A DNA stretch of 64,000 nt from Gnetum montanum (Eukaryota; Plantae; Gnetophyta). Below the pieces are notes generated by a model. The model was not told the DNA's origin. It searched no databases and saw only the letters and a list, made by a program, of their open reading frames with translations. A program made the translations under genes and the position numbers. Shown in pieces: positions 26,548 to 39,803 of the stretch. Position 1 is the first letter of the stretch, and the number at the start of each line of letters is the position of its first letter. The stretch lies in the NCBI GenBank assembly GCA_015680685.1, contig MNCI01000651.1, positions 372,001 through 436,000 of the forward strand, given 5' to 3'.

Positions 26548-28017
26548 TATCTTAACGGATGATCAATTGGAATGGAAACCTGTAACTACCTTTGATGAAT
26601 AGATCTTGGTGAACAAAGTTTAATAGCATATACAATATTCTTTTATCTGCCAAAAGAGATTCAGCGGATCCGGTCAAATAAATGTAAGATGAAAGATGAA
26701 ATCCTCGCTCAAACAACACCGCAGTCACATGAATTGCAGGATGATTGAAATTAACGTTCCCCAACAGCAGAAAAGCATCGCCAATCATGATGCAATCCCA
26801 GGACCTTTTCGACTTTTCAGTGCAACTTCAGCCATTCCTCTTAAAACGCCAGAGAGCATATTCAGAATTTATGAGTAAAAATCACACCTTTGGAAGCAGA
26901 AACCCATGGTACATATATAAGACAACTCAGACATTGCAGTTCCTGCTAAAAAGTGCATTCCTGACTCATTGGGGAAAGAAATTTATCATCTCACACTCTC
27001 AGAGTTTCAGTTTCTGCTCATCATCACACTTAGATATCCATCCATGGCCAGCCAATATAATCTATCGCTCACGCGGCAAATCGGATGCTAAAGCCACTCT
27101 CATGCCTACGGTGTAGGCTATTACTGCTGTTGTCTGCTCTCCGTCACCGTCAACTGTGCCGACGATGCCGCAGGGGTCACCATGTGTGTTAACGTGAATG
27201 AGAGCAAAACAACGATGGAATCGGTGTAGGATTCTGACGGAGCATAAGGGGCGCAGGGGAAGGGGAAGGAGAATATTTTTGTGTGCACTATCCATCAAAA
27301 AACTATAAAATTTGGCAGAAAAGAGCAATAACCAGGCAAATCAACCTTCAACGAATGAATTTAATCAAACACTAGCAACAACCGCTGTGGAATTTTTTAA
27401 TGACGGATGGAATCCGTTACGAATATATATATATATAGTATGGCAGTTCAATTGATTCACGAACAGTGGACAACTGTTGTAGACTCTGATTCACGAGAGC
27501 CACCACCTCCTCCTGTTCCTTCGGCTCATTCTGCTCCTCCAACGGAATCGTCATTTCAAGCTTTTTGTTTTCGGGAACGTCTGGAGCTTTCAACATAACC
27601 AAGTTGCGCCCTTCCTTGCCAAGTTGCTGCTGCCGCCATGTTCGTTACTCTGCTGGTTGTTCCTGTTTGCTAGTTACAGCATCATGGTTGTTGCTGCAGC
27701 AACAAAGGTACAACCACCCAAATATCTTTTAATCCCTATATTCCTATATCCGTTGCAAATCCCTGATACGAAATCAGAACAGGCAACTACTTAAAAGGAT
27801 AAGTCTCGTCAGATATTCCTGGGTTAGCTCTTCATCCATGGGCCGGAAATTGCAGCAAAATTACCGATGCCGTTGCAGTTTCTGACATCAATTTAGAGCT
27901 CAGAAGAATTCGTTAAAATACACGTGCAGAACATTGTGCCAGGCCAGGTGGTATGATGTATTGTGGCCACAATGCACATTAGGTAGAATTGGAGAAATCC
28001 TTCGATCATTCTGTACT
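26548..28017. other. CpG-retaining non-TE island 1 (possible 3' exons/UTR or lncRNA)
   Basis: Abrupt rise in GC and CpG versus flanks; minus-strand exon-like segment 26888-26942 (tttttagcag|...aaag|gtgtga); no identifiable protein. Confidence 0.45.
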
Positions 28018-29420
28018 TTAATCACATTCAGAGGTAGAAGAGCATGGGTCCCGAATTTGATTCAAGACAGACCAAACTGTGCGGTCACCTATATTGCTGT
28101 CATCGTTCCCACCATTTTCCATGGAATTACTTGTATTGTTATTGATAATAAGGCTAATAAGATCCTCATTGTTAACAATAAATATGCCTCATCATCTAGG
28201 TGTTCATTGGCCTTTTTACTTGGGAACCAATCATCAGCCAAAAAGAAATACCATGGTTGTAACTATCACTTATAGCTAGGGAAAACACCCTTTAATTGTA
28301 ATGTCATAAAGCTTGGCAAGATATGAAAACCCAACAATGCTTTTTCAAGTGTTCCTAGATTCAACAATCCCTACATGTAGATGACATCCACCATCCAGCA
28401 ATCATTTACTTTTAACGATTTTAAACTAAAAATATTCCTTAGCCTAGAGGGCAATCCTTTGAAAAGAATGCAATCCTCAATCTCCATGTCTCTTAGATTT
28501 TGTAAGTTGCCAATTGTGTTCGGTTAACCCTACTTTAGTTCTTTAATTTTTGGAATAAAACTATGAACCAAATGTTCTTGGTAATGCCTATCACTACTCC
28601 ATGAAATGGCCAAAATGTGATAATAGTAAGCAAATTGATCCATTGCAATAACATCCACAACATATAGCTCTTAACATAAATACGTTAAAGCTCCCAGTAT
28701 CTTAAAAAAATTGTAACAACCATGGTCATTAGCAAGTTCCTTGAAGGATACACCAATTGCTTTGAAGTTCACAGCTAGTGCACTAAAGCGATCATCAAGT
28801 ACACTAAAGCCTATCTTTAGTAGAAATACTATCCATAACATGTCTAGTTCATCACCTTCTAGAAATACTTAAAATTGATTAAGTCCTTAATGTCATCCAT
28901 CATTGCTAGTGAGAGATTGTAGAGGAAGTTTCATCAAGGCTTTAATGCAAGTCAAGTAGTCGCATGACCTCCTAAAAAAGTAGCTCAATTTCTTACAAGC
29001 CCACATACTTAAGCCATTGATGGAGCATGCCTACAAAAGGCATACTCATTATCCTCAAAAATCAAGAAAATAAAAATAAGTTTAATTATAGAGTTCAATG
29101 ATAGATGAAAGGTACCTAATGGATGAGATCATAGAATAGGCATTATGAATGGTTCTCTCTCTCCTAGTTTCAAGAATAGATATCTACTACAAAATAGATG
29201 TTGCTCTAAAAAGAATCACATGTCTTCTTCAAGAAATACAAGAGTAGAAAAATGAGTGGGAATTTAATTACAAAAAGTAATAATTAAGCAACTTAGATAT
29301 TCAACAAGCATGAATTGATATTCAACGTGGAAAAATATAGCAAGAGGACTTTGACAAAATCCATCAGTATAGGTAAAGCCTTAACCATAAGATCACTGTA
29401 TACTATTTATACATTCATAG
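28018..29420 (-). pseudogene. Leucine-rich-repeat (NLR-type resistance gene-like) pseudogene
   Basis: Manual translation: ALPRTFGS, PNTIGNLQNLRDMEIEDCILFKGLPSRLRNIFSLKSLKVNDC, C-terminus ...DRTVWSVLNQIRDPCSSTSECD*. Weak NB-ARC-like remnants FCQSPLAI (GLPLA-like) and FYDLIH (MHD-like) lie upstream. Confidence 0.65.
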
Positions 29421-29580
29421 TGTGGAGGACAAAAATAATTATCTAGATAAAATGATGAATGTCATAAAGGTAACATTTTAGTTTTTCACTCCTTAGTGTC
29501 CTTATTTTCCAATTATTTTCTTGACATTTACATCATGATTTTCAACTTTTGTAATACCTTAAAGTAAGGTGGAAGCCAAG

Positions 29581-29683
29581 TGATGAGACGTGACCTGCAT
29601 GTGCCGTGATATCGCGTCTTTCCCTGCGATATCGCGCATGCGATATCGCGGTCCGCCGCCATATCTATAAATAAGAGGCGGCN
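29581..29683 (+). mobile_element. 5' end of a young Athila-family LTR, truncated by the assembly gap N; TSD CCAAG on both sides
   Basis: tgatgag start, intact CGATATCG palindromes, ctataaataagaggc TATA matching the Athila copy 2 LTR; ccaag at 29576-29580 and 29684-29688. Confidence 0.85.
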
Positions 29684-30519
29684 CCAAGGATATATAGCTT
29701 TAATAGTAGAGCCTAGAAACCTCTCAGGACACAGATAGGTTATATAACTGATGAATGAAGTACATGAGCCAAAGAATGTTTAGATAATGTTACTGAATGT
29801 TGTGACCCATATGTATGCATCCTACATATTCCTCATGCCTAGTCTCAAAGATCTAGCATGCAAACTCCTTGAAGAGAAGAAGAAAAACACTGCATGTTAC
29901 CTCAAACTTGATGAAGATTTTCTATAGAAGTTTATAAACATATCATTGCAACCTAGCATTTGTGGTACTAGAATAGATTTGCAACCTAATAATGATGGTA
30001 GTATAGCAAAAACTACATAAAGATGAATTTCCACTATGTAACCCTCTTAATTCTATGGGATCTGTTTAGGAAATGATGTTGGGAAAACCATGTCTTATGT
30101 GGATTCCATTTTCACCATATATCTTGTACTCCGTAATTCAAAAATCTTCATTGAACTTGGACATATCTTTGATGTCTAATTAGTTTCATTTTAGTTTGTT
30201 TTAATGTCTTTTAACCTTTAGTTTCTATTTTTTTTATTTTTGTTGTGATTTAGAAACTCATTCAAAATGGAATTTTTGTAAATACTAAATGTTGATGTAT
30301 GTTTTACTATTGAATATTGAAAACTAAACTAGAAAATCATGCTTTATTACTTTATGATGCTAACTTGATAAATAGATATGATAGTTATGCAAAATTAAAG
30401 CTTAATGTCTTGATTCATACACCCAAATTATGTATGTCTTCAATTTAAAAATAAAAATAACATCTAAATTTAATCACACATTTAAAATATATAAAAAATT
30501 GAAAAAAATTATAAGATAA

Positions 30520-32480
30520 TCAACTTCAAATAATTAGATCAAATAAACTACATCCAAGATATACATTATAACATTTCAATAACTGATATACCCTAATTCA
30601 TTTGATCATCGACATGTTTGTGTAATCCCAAGAAGCCAACAACTACTTGTCAATGATCAAATTAATTAAGGTAATCATATACTATAACCTTATTAAAAAG
30701 AGATGCCCATGTTGTTAGCATATTCAATACTATATGTCCTCAATTATTTTTTGTTAAAGAAAATTTTGGATGTTCTAGTTCATCATACATAAGCCAATCA
30801 TCAAACATAGAAGATGCATAATGCTCATTACCCTCTAAATTATATATATAATCAATTTCAAAACATTTATATCTCCATCAACTTGTAACTTTTGTGATAT
30901 ATATATCTTTCTCATGTGCAACCTTGATTAATTTATCCATCTACCTTAGCATTGGTAAAATTGTAGCTAATGTAAGAAGGATATCAATATCCTATAATTA
31001 CATTAAAATATTTTTGTTCTTGTTAAGATTCTAATGATTTTTATACATAAAACTAGTAAGAGATTAATATCTCTAACACCTATTCATCAAGTTTAAGCAT
31101 TGAAATTCATCGCTTCTTTACATTTTTCATCATCTTTTCTTCTTTACTTTCACTATTAGAATCTTTAGGGAAGTTCTCAAAAAAATTCCAAAAACTTCAT
31201 AAATATTTTTAAACTATGGATTGAAAAAGCATGTGCCTTCTTAATGAGTTCATCTACCATGGTTACATTATCAAATTCTAAAACTTTCTTGTAATCTAGG
31301 ATTATTTGGTGTGTCATAAAATATATGTAGATCATAAAAGATGTGTATTTAGTTTGCAATTTAACACAAATACCATTATAGTTCCCCTAAATTGTTATTA
31401 TACTAATTATTGAAACACAAACAATTTTCTTAACTATTTTCTTCTCAGTTAACCTTGCATGTTTCAAAGTGTTTATAACAAATTTGCATAGGTTTTGTTA
31501 TATACTACTCTCTCTTATTTTGTATACACCAAGTATGAAAATTGCTTAAAATCTTCAACAACATACATATGAATACAAACACAAATTATGTTATCCACTA
31601 TGGTAAATTCATCTAAAGATAGTAAAAAAAGTTATACATTTCAAGCTTTATTCACTAAGGTAAAATGCAATTTTCCAATCACTTTTCTCAAATCAATGAC
31701 TATTAAATACATTGGAAGCAACAACAAACTTAGTTCTTTGTAGTGGATATTTTCTAATGTGAGGCTCATAGTTTTTGGCATCATAAAACTATCATGAACT
31801 TTAGTTTCTTTCTTCTCAAATAGTTCTTTATCATGTTTTTCAATCATCCCAACTAGGTTTTTAATAGTTCTTCTAGTATCCTTTTTTTTCCCCAAGATAT
31901 CAATTGTAATCAATCTCAAACTAAATATGTACATACCTTTTTTTTCATTTTTCCCAAGATAAATTTATTTTTTATACCATAATCTTCTTTAATGGTTTTG
32001 TATATGTTACCATAATATTTTTTGATGGTATTTTTCTTAAGTTACATTTAATTTTCTTTCTTTATTTTCCAATCATATATTTCACATTTGCATTTAGTAA
32101 TCTCATCCCCTTTCATTTGTGGTTCTACATGAATAATGAAGGAGTATTTCTTTGACCATTCAAGTTTGTAACTATGATCACTTATCCAATTCCATTCTTC
32201 ATATTGTTTCTTTCATTGTCGTAATCTTTTAATTTATTTTGAGGTTCTCTCTATTACAAATTTCTTTGATGACTTGGTATTTATTTTGTGACTTCCCTTG
32301 TCATTTATCTATTAACAAATGAATGCAAATGGTGATATCTCTACAACATCTATTGTGGCTTTCATCCATATTATCAATATTCTCATCATCATCATCATCA
32401 TTCTTTATAGTAGGAATGTCTAAGTCATTACTCTTCTAAATGTCATTCTCATTTTAAGGATTTCTATCATCTAGTGGCAT
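30520..32480 (-). pseudogene. hAT-superfamily (ZNF862/TTF-zinc-finger-like) transposase, highly decayed
   Basis: YKLEWSKKYSFI...KCKCE (TTF-type Zn finger-like); LSLDEFTIVDN...CIHMYVV (first catalytic D); KIVCV...GICVKLQTKYTSFMIYIYFMTHQIILD (decayed DG and CxxH regions). Confidence 0.72.
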
Positions 32481-33658
32481 AGGTATACTGAAAATGTTAA
32501 TACCATTAAAATAAGAAATTGATTAATGTTAGGATGTAAAATTTGAAATTTTAAATAAAAATTAGGATTTTACATACATGAAGAGTTTGAGGATTCTAGA
32601 GCTTCAATTTGTCCAAAGAATTATGTTATTTTGATCTTTCCATTACATCCTCATTGGATCTAACTTGCTTCACCTACCTCATGATACAATTGAGACAAGA
32701 TGCTTCACATTACTTAAAATCTAAAATCTAAATGACTATTAGGTATTTGAAACTTTATTAGGTACTTGGATGTCTAAAGAAGGCTTGAGCACCTTAGGAA
32801 ACCTTGGAAGCTTGAAGTAGTATTGGAAGCCTAAATCAATCTTGGATTCCTAAAGCATTATTGAGTGGCTAAAGCCCTAAAGTATTGTTATATGTCTAAA
32901 GTAATTTTGAGCATCTCAAACTAGGTTGTAGCACTTGAGGATTCTATGAAATGTGTTCACACTATTGGGTGTTTTTTGTCTCTATGATACCTAATAATAT
33001 TTTACCTATAAACTTTTCTATGATGCCAAAAGAGCCTAATAGGTTTTTATCTCTTAATTTTAAGAAGTTTATATAGTGATTATTTGGTATGTTGCTAATG
33101 TTTGAAAATCATGATGTGAATTCCATTACAAATCATTGAATCCTACATTTTAAGGACTTTTAAAATTTTAATCTCCAATAATGGGTTAACATCATCCTTT
33201 CATGATAGTTCACAAAAATCCCACAAAAAAATTACCCACCCTAATTTATTGAAAATGGATTATAAAACCTATTTTAGTGGCAATTTATACTCAAACCTAA
33301 GTTGTATTTTAAAAACATAGACGATGTATCCTAATATGAGTACGTAAAACCTTCAAACTTTGGTAACATATTCAATTCTGGATATCCAAAAATTCAAAAA
33401 TAAGTAATCTTTATATTATAATGTACTATTTAAATTTAGGTTTAATCATTAGTTTCCTAACATAAACCATCACTCATTATGAAAGGTTACAATAATTAAT
33501 CAAGAGGCATGATTATTTATGAAGTATAAAAGACCCTAATTCCACACATCACAAGAAAGAATATGAGATGATACAAGTGGATCAATTAATAAGTAAGATA
33601 TCATTGGAAAATGGTCAAATGAAGCATTCATAAGCTAAAAGAGTATAATGATGATGAT

Positions 33659-34475
33659 TTATGAGTAGTGAGGTACCCCTATTCTTAACCATACGAATAT
33701 GAGCATTATGCATGATCTGGTCGAACTCCAAGGACTAAGTGCTTATGCGACTTCACAAAACAAGGATGGGTTAGGCAATCATTGTCTTCCCAAGCTTACT
33801 TGTATGGCATGATAGTATGGTTAAGTAAACTCTAGGTATATGATTTTTTAATGCTTTTTTATGTTTTATGTCCTGGTGCTAAAAATGAAGAAATGAAATA
33901 ATTAAGTAACTAATTTAATTTAACTAATCAATATGCTCTAACGAGTCCTAACACCAGCATCCATTCCCACTTTCCATACACATCTTGAACCAGTGTAACA
34001 CTACTAGGATTACCAAACACTAGTTGTTACTAGGTTACTAAGTGTTCCACATATGCTCAAAGTGGTCGTATTGAGTGTGCTTACTTGTAAGAATTAACAA
34101 ATCAATAAAAGAAATATTAATTAACTAATGAAAGAATTAAAGAATTGTAAATACCATTAAAGGTAATAAATAAGCTATTCTAAATGCTGCAAGGTTTATC
34201 ACAAAGTTCATCTTTATTTCCAAACAGAAGGTGTGCTCAAGTACACAATGCTCGAATAAAGATTCGTTCACTTTATGACTCCTACTTTGAGCACCTAGAA
34301 ATAAATCTAACTCTGAGAGGGGAAAACTACAAGAGTTCGGGTAAGGGACTAAGAACTAATGCCAAACCAAGTACGTCCACCTCTTATTTATAGAAAATGA
34401 AACAGGTTCTAACATCAGATGTCCAATATTGCTTGGTAGGCTCTGATATTGTGGACTCAATATCGTGGCTCATCA
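33659..34475 (-). repeat. 3' LTR of Athila copy 2
   Basis: About 85% identical to the 39804 LTR over the first 120 bp (18 differences by manual count, mostly transitions); followed by the PPT complement tacccccacaact. Confidence 0.93.
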
Positions 34476-34488
34476 TACCCCCACAACT
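34476..34488 (-). promoter_or_regulatory. Polypurine tract of Athila copy 2
   Basis: Minus strand agttgtgggggta immediately before the LTR start tgatgag. Confidence 0.75.
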
Positions 34489-36359
34489 GAATGAAAACTT
34501 GTCCTCGAGTTCTTTACAAAATATTGGTAAGGTATGGGATTATTGGCTAAATGAAAATTAATGATGACATGGAATGATAGACTCAAAGGGCCCGGTGAAT
34601 GGATCAACAAACATATTACAACATTGGTGTTCATATCCATTATGGTGAACACTATACATAGATGACATCTAGACCCTCATTTAACAGCTTAGAGAGAGAA
34701 AAATAAAATAAAATAAAATGAGGTGCATTGCTACTGGTGTGCACACCGTTGTTCATCCACGACCATATGATGCGTGTTCCTTGCATAACTGCTTCAATCC
34801 AATCCATCTTGAGTCCTCCATCCTATCTTAGTCCATTGTTCATGTGATCACCATCTACACATACAACATAGTTACGAATTAGCAGGGATAGATAAGATAT
34901 AATGTGATTGATATCTTTCCTTGATATGAAGCACATTGGCTAGGTTGTGGGTATGGCACATACTGGGTTAGAGGTTTGTTACTGACAAGTAGGGGTGTGA
35001 TAAGTAGTGGAATGGAAAAATTTGTGACAGGGCCCCCACGACTAAGAGCAAACCTCTAGTAATGATAAGATGGAAAATGAAAGAATAAGGAAGAATAGAG
35101 CAATAACAATGATGAAGGGAAGAAAATAAAAGCAAAAATGGATGTCATTGATGGGGTGAATGAGAAATAGTTCATTACAAAAATTTTAAGGGAAAGAGCT
35201 TAACAATTGCACCAAAAGGAATGCCAGTGGGTCCTCCCCAAAGCAGGCTCATGCCCTTAATTCCCCAACAAACCCACAAACCAAAGAGTCCGTAGGCTCT
35301 CAAAATGACACATGAAAACAATCGTTAAGAACTTACCCATGAGATTTACCAAAGAATAACAATGTATCAACCAAGATATAGATAAACTATAAAACCAGCA
35401 ATGAGGTGGAATATGGGAAGAAATATGGAAGAGAAGAGAGAATGGAATGGAATCCCAAAATCAATGTTTTGTAAAGTCCCTTGTGTAGTATGTGGTTAAG
35501 GTGACTCAATATCCAGTGACCTTGCATCAACACATGTGACCAACCCATCCTCCTAAAGTAACAATAATGCATCAACAGAGCCACCACCATTCCAACAAGA
35601 GAAAGATAGAGAAGTAGGAAGTGAGAAAGGGCCTTAGTTAGAGGGAACCTTTAGGCATGGGTAACATGTCCTTCTAGTTCCATAACCAGTGCTTGTAGCC
35701 CATGTTTCTTATTATGTCTAAGGTGTGTGCTTTGAATTTTCACATTTTTTTTTTTGCATGAGAACCATACCATGCAAAGTCTTATTTGATTTAATCAACT
35801 TCCTGATATTTGGTCAAGAGTGGGATGGTGGAAAACTTATGAAAAACATCCACGTACCCAAGAGAATAGCTAGCACAAATGCATTGAATCCCCTTGAGGT
35901 CATACCCTTTTCAATCCATTTGAATCTTTCCTTGGTTTGAAGAATACCAAGCCACCAATTCATTAATAAGTTTACTTAGAAAAATGGACAGTACAATTTC
36001 AAGATCAAGGAAGACCATAGAGTTGAATGGATGAGTGGATGATGTGGACTCATTGCCTATTTTATCAAAAGAAACCATATCTTAGTATCAACATTAAAAT
36101 TCAAGGTAAAAGCCAAAAATTAGCAATCAACATCATTATAGTACAATCCACCATCATGAGCACTTATTAGATGATGAGTGAAGGTAATTTAAACAAAATG
36201 TAATAGAAAAAAAATCGTAAAAAATAAATAGTACAAATGTTAATGATGGTGTAAAACAAAAAAAAAAAGTAAAGATGAAAAATGTGTAAAAAAAAAAGGA
36301 TAAAAGAGACTAAGGGCTTAGAATGGTTAGCATTGGTGGCCATCTCCCCCATGACTAAG

Positions 36360-38370
36360 TTGGAAGGAAGAGATTCAAAATAGTGAGCAAGGTTGTCCTT
36401 TAACAAAGGTAGTGTTAGTACTAGATGTTTTTGGCTCATGGAATGGTTTGGTTTGCTGAATGTTGACCAATAATTTCTTATTTGGGCTTTCAGGGTTATA
36501 GATCATCATGGCCCCTAAAGAGAAAATTTCATGAATAATATAAGGTCCTTCCCATAGCATTTGAAATTTATTTCATTGTGGCACATGTGTGGGATTCAAA
36601 TATAGAACCTTATCTCCTGGTTGGTATTTGACTTTTCTAATCCTTAGGTCATGACGTTGCTTGTTAAAGGCCTTGTGCAATTTGTTGGATGACAGGGTAA
36701 CTAATTGATTTTCATCTAACAAGTTAAGGTTCATCAATCATTCTTTTTGTGCTAGAATGAGGTCAAGGTTGAGGTCACATGCTATAGATAGTGTACAGAG
36801 CTCAACTTGGATAGGAAGTATTGGAATTTTACCATACACTAACTCATAGGGAGAATAGCCTATAGGGAGTTTCCATGTGGAGCGGTATGCCCAAAGAGCA
36901 TCGTTTACTTTGGTGCTCTAGTCTTGTCTATATTTGCTAATGATTCATGTCAATATTTTTGTGATCTCCCTATTGGTGACTTCGGCTTAACCATTCGCTT
37001 GAGGATGATATGGTGTAGTCATCTTTTGCTCAACTCCTAAGCATTACATCAACTTTCAAAAAGTCACACCTATAAAATGTGTACCATTATCAGAAATAAA
37101 ATGTCTTTACGATCGATCATTGTAAGGTTGAACTCTTACAAGATCACGAGCCACTGTATGATGTGAGGCTCACTGTTGGTTTATTCATTAGGAACCAAAT
37201 TTCACTATGGTCTGTGTGTACGAATATCTTATAGCCCAATACATAGTGCCTAAATTTTTCTAGTGTAAACACCATATCCATTAATTCTTTTTCTGTTGTG
37301 GTGTAATTGAGTTATGCACTAGTAATACTTCAACTTGCACAACGAATGTAATATTTCTAGTCATCTAACTGTGTAAGTACAACTCCTAAAGAAAAGTTGG
37401 ACATGTCAGTAATTATGTGGAATGGTCTAGACCAATCAGGAGCTTGTAGAATAGGTGTTTCTACAAGCTTCTGTTTCAAGGTTTGGAAGGCTAGCTCACA
37501 TTCCCTAGTCCATTCAAAGGGTAATTCCTTCTTTGTTAGTTATACCAAAGGTTTTGCAATCCTTGAAAAGTTCTCAATAAAGCATCTATAATAGCCAGTA
37601 TGTCTAAGGAATGATCAAATGTTATTTACCATTTTAGATTGATGAGTGATCCCTTGGATGACCTTAATCTTTCCATGATCTACCTCTATCCCTGTTTGTA
37701 AAATCTTATGCCCCAATACTATGCCTTCTTGGACCATTAAATGGATTTTTTGCCAATTGAGCCTTAAGTTGGTTTCTACACATCATTTCAGTACTTTCTC
37801 TAATCAATCCAATGCTTGTTCAAAGTCCACTTCATAGGTGGAGAAATAATCCATACGAGCTCCACACCATTCCCTATTTGTTGCTAAAATATACTTAGAA
37901 CCAATCATTGAAATGTTGCAGGAGCATTATACAAGCTAAATGACATCTTCCTATATGAAAATGTCCCCCAAGGACCTGTGAACGTGGTCTTGGCTTAGTC
38001 TTCTAGTGCTATTTGAATTTGATTGTATCCTCTATAACCATCTAGAAAACTATAATAGCAATGCCCTGCAGTGGTATCTAAGACTTGGTCGACAAATGGC
38101 AATGGGAAGTGGTCCTTGAATGTTGCCATGTTTAGTAGCCTAAAGTCTATACACACCCACCATTTACCTCCCTTTTTGGGCACAATCACTAATGGCTAAC
38201 CCATTCACTATTAGCAATGGGGTAGATGAAATTGGCTTTTAGAAGTTGTTCAATTTCTTCTTTAACCACTTGCTTAAGCTTTGGGTTTAATTGCTTTTGC
38301 GGTTGTTGTCGAGGTTTCATGGAGGGGTTAGTGTAAATTCTGTGTTGGCATATCCTAGGGTCTATTCCTC
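36360..38370 (-). pseudogene. pol: Athila pol remnant (RT, RH, partial INT); protease and INT N-terminus deleted
   Basis: IVPKKGGKWWVCIDFRLLNMATFKDHFPLPFVDQVLD; the RH end is joined directly to FISDNGTHF near 37100; LWEGPYII. Confidence 0.9.
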
Positions 38371-38435
38371 TACCTTTTCCATTCAAAAGTTTGCATTAGA
38401 TGTAGCGGCAAAGGTACATATATCCTAGGGTTTAT

Positions 38436-39300
38436 GTCTTCCTTGTTCCCATCCTTTGATTTGCTTATGTAGGTTGGATACTTGGGAGTATGTTTGATAC
38501 TTATCATTGAATAACTCTAACATGGTACTCCATCAACAAATGAATTCCAATTCTAAGAACCGATACCAACTTCCCGCTTCCTTAATTAGTATCCATGGAA
38601 ACAACTTTAGTTTTTTCCACTCATTTTCTATATTTTGCAAGGCACATGCATCATAGAATTCTTGTAAATGATTTTCAGGATTAGTGTTGTAGCCCCCTTC
38701 AAATCATGGGATATTGTTCATGTATAATCTTTTGATCCTACTATCCTTTTGGTGCCCTGTTGGGATCTTAATGACCTCAATTATATCTAGCATACTTTGG
38801 GTAATGAGTAGGGGTTCATCGTGATTGTATTCTCTATGGTCTCTATGATGCCTATGCTATTCCTTGCTCTCCTTCCTTTCATGATGTGTTTCTCTAAAAT
38901 GCCCTCATCCCCTTTCTTGACTATTTCATCTATGATCTCTATTTTTCTTACCATTGTTCTCATGATATTTCTCTTTGCAACTACGTCTAGATCCCAAAGG
39001 AGATGGGGAAGGAGATGATGAAGGTGGAGAGGAAGGAGGACTGGCACCATGATAATGCCCATCACTTTCTCTTTGGTGGTCATGGCCTCGATCACAGTTA
39101 TGATTAGAATGTCCATCTTTGGTATGCATTCGTGTTCCTTTTTCAAACCCTTTGTGTTTGTTGGTACTAGAATCCAGGTTATGGATAGTTGAGTGAAGAT
39201 TTTGATACACAACCCCTTGACCAAAGTCAACGAGAAGAACATCATTTTGTGGAAAACTTCCTGAGGCAGGTTCACCACCCTCATTTTCACTTAGGACATA
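38436..39300 (-). pseudogene. gag: Athila gag N-terminal remnant
   Basis: Ser-rich stretch, then HQKDSRIKRLYMNNIP*FEGGYNTNPENHLQEF, homologous to copies 1 and 3. Confidence 0.8.
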
Positions 39301-39783
39301 TGAGACATCCTGTTGTAAGTCCCTTTGGCATCGTGCCTCTATGGATCAATACTCTCTCAAGTCATGTTCATGCACAATGTACTCTACCTATAAATGCTAC
39401 ATACCAATTTGTGTGAGAGCACAAAGAAGCATGTTAGGGATCGAGTGATCGAAAGGTAACACTATGTTACCCTGTAAATCATGCCAACATAGTTGTTCAT
39501 CCTAGTGGAGGATAAAGGTAAATTTTGGTATATACTCATTAGGATGAACGTATACCACATGAAACTATTAGGGCACTAGTGGGTCATCATGTGTACTATG
39601 CCTTTGATTGTTCATTGTATCAGACCTAGTCAGTGAGGCACTCTTGTAAGAAGAATGAGACATGATTAATTCTTCAGTGTGCAATACTCTTCTCTTCTTG
39701 ATGATTGTGGGATCACTAACCCTAAGGGTTTGTTCCAACGATGGAAAGATTTCCTAAGTTCTAATTAGCACACAAACAACAAA

Positions 39784-39802
39784 GTCCCTGACAACGGTGC
39801 CA
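39784..39802 (-). promoter_or_regulatory. PBS, tRNA-Asp type
   Basis: Minus strand TGGCACCGTTGTCAGGGAC, 1 nt from the LTR. Confidence 0.88.
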
Positions 39803-39803
39803 A

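Noticed and set aside
27168-27192. Partial resemblance to miR398 (…ggtgacccctg on the minus strand)
   Set aside because: Only the 3' part is similar, the 5'/seed region does not match, and no precursor hairpin is evident.
27934-28275. 113-aa plus-strand ORF as a gene
   Set aside because: Antisense shadow of the LRR pseudogene C-terminus.
30520-32480. Endogenous caulimovirus or giant-virus ORF
   Set aside because: Motifs fit a hAT DDE transposase; no viral MP, CP or RT motifs seen.
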